Positions 59,850 to 64,000 of a stretch of 64,000 bases of DNA are shown piece by piece. The notes beneath the pieces were generated by a model. It worked only from the letters and a program-made list of their open reading frames with translations. It made no database searches and was not told where the DNA came from. The stretch covers positions 32,313,208 through 32,377,207 of the forward strand of contig OZ316891.1 of the NCBI GenBank assembly GCA_973895155.1, written 5' to 3'. Every line of letters begins with the position of its first letter. The stretch's first letter is position 1. The stretch is from Marsupella aquatica. Taxonomy: Eukaryota > Plantae > Marchantiophyta. A program made the translations under genes and the position numbers.

Positions 59850-60350
59850 TAGTCATTTATGTAATAAGTCCATAATGACTGTATGTTATTGTAAACATTG
59901 ATATATCCTGATTTTTAGATTGCCCTATATTTAGTCATTTATGCGACAAGTCCATAATGACAGTATGTTGTTGAAAACACCGATATATCCTAATTTCAAG
60001 ATTGACTGTGGAGTTAGTCATTTATGAGAAAAGTCCATAATGACGGTATGTTCTTGTAAACACTGATATGTCCTAATTTCAAGATTGACCCTAGAGTTAG
60101 TCATTTATGGCAGAAGTCCATAATGACAATATGTTGTGTAAACACTGATATATTCTCATTTTCAGATTGACCCTAAATTTTGTCATTTATGAGAGAAGTC
60201 CATAATGACGGTATGTTCTTGTAAACACTAATATGTCCTAATTTCAAGATTGACCCTAGAGTTAGTCATTTATGGCAGAAGTCCATAATGACAATATGTT
60301 GTTGTAAACACTGATATATTCTCATTTTCAGATTGACCCTAAATTTTGTC
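59850..60350. repeat. ~83-bp tandem repeat, ~6 copies
   Basis: gtcatttatg....aagtccataatgac at ~59852, 59934, 60017, 60100, 60182 and 60266. Confidence 0.9.
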
Positions 60351-60743
60351 ATTTAACACCGTTGGTTAAAATGACGATAATACATTTTTTGTCATTTATC
60401 ACCGTTGTCCAAAATGATGCAAATAGATTTTTGGTCATTTCAGTCATTGTCCAGAGTGACTATAATGTTGCTAAACACTGATTTATCATTGTTGTTATTA
60501 ATTGTGTCATTTAAGACATGTGTCTAAATTGACCATTTAGGGAAATTGGGTCATTTTGGTCGCATCAGTCATTATAGACATTATACAAAATGACGAAAAA
60601 ATTAACATTTTGTCATTTCAGTCTATTGGTCATTGTGGACAGTCATTCCCCCGTCATTCTTTTTGTGTCATTAAAACTTTTGGTCATTTATTCATCTCTG
60701 TCATTGGGTGATTGGTCATAAAGGGCCCTGTTTTCTTCTAGTG
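60350..60743 (-). repeat. CACTA right subterminal repeats and TIR
   Basis: gtcatt arrays ending in ttttcttctagtg. Confidence 0.9.
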
Positions 60744-63606
60744 TTACACACCAAGTGTCTGGTCTTCTCATCAATAAAACCTGGAGGCTGAGTCATATAA
60801 ATCTCCACATCAAGCAATCCATGTAGGAAAGCAGTAATTACATCCATCTGATCTAACTCAAGATCATAGAATGCCACAATCGCAAGTAAAACACGGATAG
60901 TAATGAGTTTGACAACTGGTGAGAAAATTTCCGTGTAGTCCAAGCCCTCCTTCTGGGTGTACCCTTTGGCCACAAGGCGAGCCTTGTAAGTGCCATCCTG
61001 CTTCTTCTTGTACAACCATCTACACGGAACCAGTGTTTTCCCGCGAGGCATGTCAGTTAAGCGCCAAGTTGAATTCTTCTTCAAAGAATTCATCTCCTTC
61101 AACATCGCCTCCATCCACTTATCCTTCTCTGGAGAGGCCATAGCTTCTTCATAGCTAGAGGGGTCTCCATCTTCAGTAAGCAAAATAACACCAGGATCAT
61201 CGTCATGCTCAACAACGTGAACACGCGGATCTACAAAACCAAATCTATCAAGGGGTTGGCCAAAATTGGCCCTGGTGGAGCGCCTTGGTTGAGGAATTGC
61301 ACCTCTACCAGAGAGACCAGCAGCTTCCTCATCGCCACCAAGCTCCACCGTAGTGGGTTCCTCCACCTGTTCCTCCTGAATATCCCGGGGTCTTGACAAC
61401 CATTCTTCGTCAAAAACAACATTTATGCTCACAACTGCCTTGCAATCGACAGGATCCCACAATTTATAGCCCTTCTGCCCAGGACTAAAGCCTAGAAAAA
61501 TACATTTCTTAGACTTGGGATCCAACTTAGACCTGTGTGTCTGCTCAATGTGAACATAGGCAGCACAACCAAAAACTCAGAGTCTAGAGTAATCAGCAGG
61601 TCTCTTATACCACAACTCAAATGGAGTCTACATCAACTTACTACTATGCAGTGACAGATTGTAGACGTATGCAGCTTGGTTGACAGCTTCAGCCCAAAAG
61701 TTGTTGGGCAACTTGGACTTACATAGCATGCTGCGTGCTTTCTCCAATAATGTCCGATTCAACCGTTCTGCAACTCCATTCTGCTGCGGGGTCTCCGGTA
61801 CAGTGTAATGACGCTTGAGGCCAAGGTCTCGACCAAATTGATCAAACTCATTGGACTTATACTCGCCACCGTTATCGGACCGAACACACTTCAACTCCTT
61901 CCCAGTTTGTAGTTCTACCATGGCTTTCCACTCCTTGAAAATCTCAAAGACTTGAGACTTCTCCTTCATGTAGTACAACCAACACATTCGAGAGTAATCA
62001 TCTACAAACGTCACAAAATATCTGGCTCCACCCAACGACGGCTCCGGCGCTGGACCCCAAACATCCGAATGTACATACTCAAGAATTTCATGAGAATGGT
62101 ATGAACTAGAACTGAAACTCACTCTCCTCTGCTTGCCAAAGATGCAATCTTCACAGAAAGAGAGTTTACCAGATTGAGCGCCTTGAAACAAATCTCTGTT
62201 TTCCAAGGCTGCCAATCCTTTACCACTCAAGTGCCCCAACCGTGCATGCCACAAATCTATGGCTTGTGTGCGACCAGATGTTGAGGGTGCTTCAATTGAA
62301 GCAGCCGTAGATGACTCTACAACAGATGTTGCCGCTGCATCCAAACATTCCACCACATAATCCACATGCTCCACTCTAGGAGCAATGACATCTCCTTCCA
62401 AGATGTACAAATTATTCTGCCGTAGCGCCTTAATCAAAGATACATCATCTTTGACGACAAAGAGCGCACCATCACGTGCAATGAAATGAGATCCACCAGC
62501 TTCCAAAGCACCAAGAGAAATCAAATTCTTAGAGATGTCTGGTATGTGTCTGACTCCCATCAGTGCTCGCACAACACCATCAAACATCCGGAATTTGATA
62601 GTCCCCATGCCAACAATCGCACATCGGACTCCATTTCCGATTTCCACAGTACCGGTACAAGGTTGGTAAGTGGAGAAATATGATTGCGTTGGACACACGT
62701 GATAAGAGGAACCCGAATCCAACATCCATTTATTGTCATACACAGAATTCACAGCACCAATACATAGCACTTCAGCAGCATCCTCATTATCAGCAATCAC
62801 AATACCAGCCGACGATGAGGACGCACCATTGGAAGCAGGATGCTTCTGCTTTGACAGAGAAGGATAATTCCACTTGGTGTGGCCCTTCTCATGGCAATGC
62901 CAACACTGCACTTTCTTACTACGGGACTTAGATTTAGATCTACTATGTGATTTAGATCTAGATTGATCCGTAGTACGCTCCGTCGATCTGCCTCTAACCA
63001 CTAGGGCAGCAGACTCATTGTCACGGCCAGAAAGTTGTCGCTTGCCCCATTTTGCAAGAATGGTAGCCTTTACCTCATCCAGCTTCAACGTAGACTTGTC
63101 ATGTGTGATGACTGTCACCAACGTCGAATAGCTCTGAGGAAGCGACATCAACAAATGCATCGCAAGATACTCATCGATCAACTTGTCTCCCGCCGTGGCC
63201 ACCTCGTGCACAATCTCATCAAAGAGACTGAGGTGATCACGCATGTTGCCACCATCCTTCAACTTCAACCTGAACAGCCGCTCCAAGTGATAAATGCGAG
63301 TAGTCAACGAAGTACTCTGGTATAGCTGAGTAAGCATATCCCAGATTTTCTTGGCATTCCAATCCATCCCCAACACGTTCTTGAGAATGTTGTTTGCCAG
63401 AACAACTCAATTGTGCTACACGCCTGCACCGACATGTCCTCCCACTCCTCATCTGTTAGATTCGAGGGTTTCACTCCAGTGAGGGTCTTCTCAAGACCCT
63501 GCTGGATCAACACATTGGTCACCTTCCGAGTCCAGAGGCTGAAGCTGACCTTCCCGTCAAACTTCTCCACCTCAAACTTTGGCGCCGCAAGCTTTCTTGA
63601 AGTCAT
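60744..63606 (-). pseudogene. Copia E gag-PR-IN and N-terminal RT
   Basis: KFEVEKFDG, degenerate knuckle CWHCHEKGHTKWNY, WMLDSGSS, LWHARLGH..CEDC, VHSDVWGP, RSDNGGEY, NGVAER, YKARLVAKG, QMDVITAFLHG; frameshift ~63400 and TAG 61628-61630. Confidence 0.93.
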
Positions 63607-64000
63607 TGATGCTGCCACAAACACACAGGAAACACAACCGAAATACCTCCACCCAAAAAGTCACCAAAAAATGAAAGTTGGTGAAAGTGGAAATGGAATG
63701 CACTGCCGCGTAGCCTGCAAGGTACACTACCAAGATCTGAAAATGATTTGGCAAAAAACTTCTCCAGCGAAAACTTATTCAACCCGGACCGGAGGGGGGT
63801 CAAAATGGCCGTTTTGACCCCCGTCGGGTATCTTAGGTCCCGAAAAAATTTCGCAATAGTTAAATGCAAATCGATTTCACAGGCCCGTGCTCAACTCCCT
63901 TGAGTATCCCCTTGCAAAGCAGTGCGAAAAAATTCTGCCTCAACAACCGCCGAATTCGGAAATTTTGTCCAAAATTCAGCTCTCTGGAAAAGTATCTTTC

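Larger units (their letters stand above)
41580..60743 (-). mobile_element. CACTA/En-Spm DNA transposon (~19.2 kb)
   Basis: Right end reads CACTAGAAGAAAA on the minus strand (60731-60743); 3-bp TSD TTA (41577-41579 / 60744-60746) restores the Copia frame HLVCKLLRS; Tnp2 and TnpA-like genes; AATGAC/GTCATT subterminal repeats; left TIR tip missing. Confidence 0.93.
40063..64000 (-). mobile_element. Ty1/copia element E (Tnt1/Tork-like); 5' LTR outside the window; CACTA nested in its RT
   Basis: 3' LTR 40063-40357, PPT AAGGTGGAGAT, gag-PR-IN-RT-RH on the minus strand. Confidence 0.92.

Noticed and set aside
53600-60350. CRISPR-like arrays
   Set aside because: Head-to-tail tandem units without unique spacers, no cas genes, eukaryotic transposon context

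Overview
Gene-free eukaryotic heterochromatin-type window made entirely of nested transposons; the lineage mix (Bianca and Tnt1-like Copia, non-chromoviral Ty3, CACTA) and a plastid-like filler suggest a land plant, probably non-seed (inference). The oldest layer is Ty3/gypsy element A (+), whose polyprotein frame carries a DNMT3-like cytosine-5 methyltransferase after the protease (3121-3696). A same-strand pol segment, probably of the same element, ends in an integrase with a C-terminal PHD finger (39547-39684). Inside A lie: a minus-strand long-LTR fragment X (3697-3998 + 22990-24271); a Bianca Copia B (3999-22989, TSD ATTTG) that contains an Athila-like Ty3 C (7378-20998, TSD AGAAA); and a Ty3 D (24272-35185) with a 4.67-kb ORF-bearing LTR, followed by an inverted, internally deleted copy of that LTR (35186-36918). 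A's probable 3' LTR is split by a minus-strand Copia E (40063 to beyond 64000), which holds a ~19-kb CACTA (41580-60743) with an intact spliced transposase, an EDM2-like triple-PHD gene with a histone-H3-like N-terminus, and satellite arrays. Main findings: transposon-borne chromatin writer and reader modules; two different recoding signals at the PR/RT junction (TGA-CAATTA readthrough in C, GGATTTT plus pseudoknot -1 frameshift in D); a U3-U3-ended insertion; an LTR-encoded protein; a second retropepsin-like domain; and a ycf1-like filler replacing one CACTA TIR. All calls were made by eye; no database searches were run.
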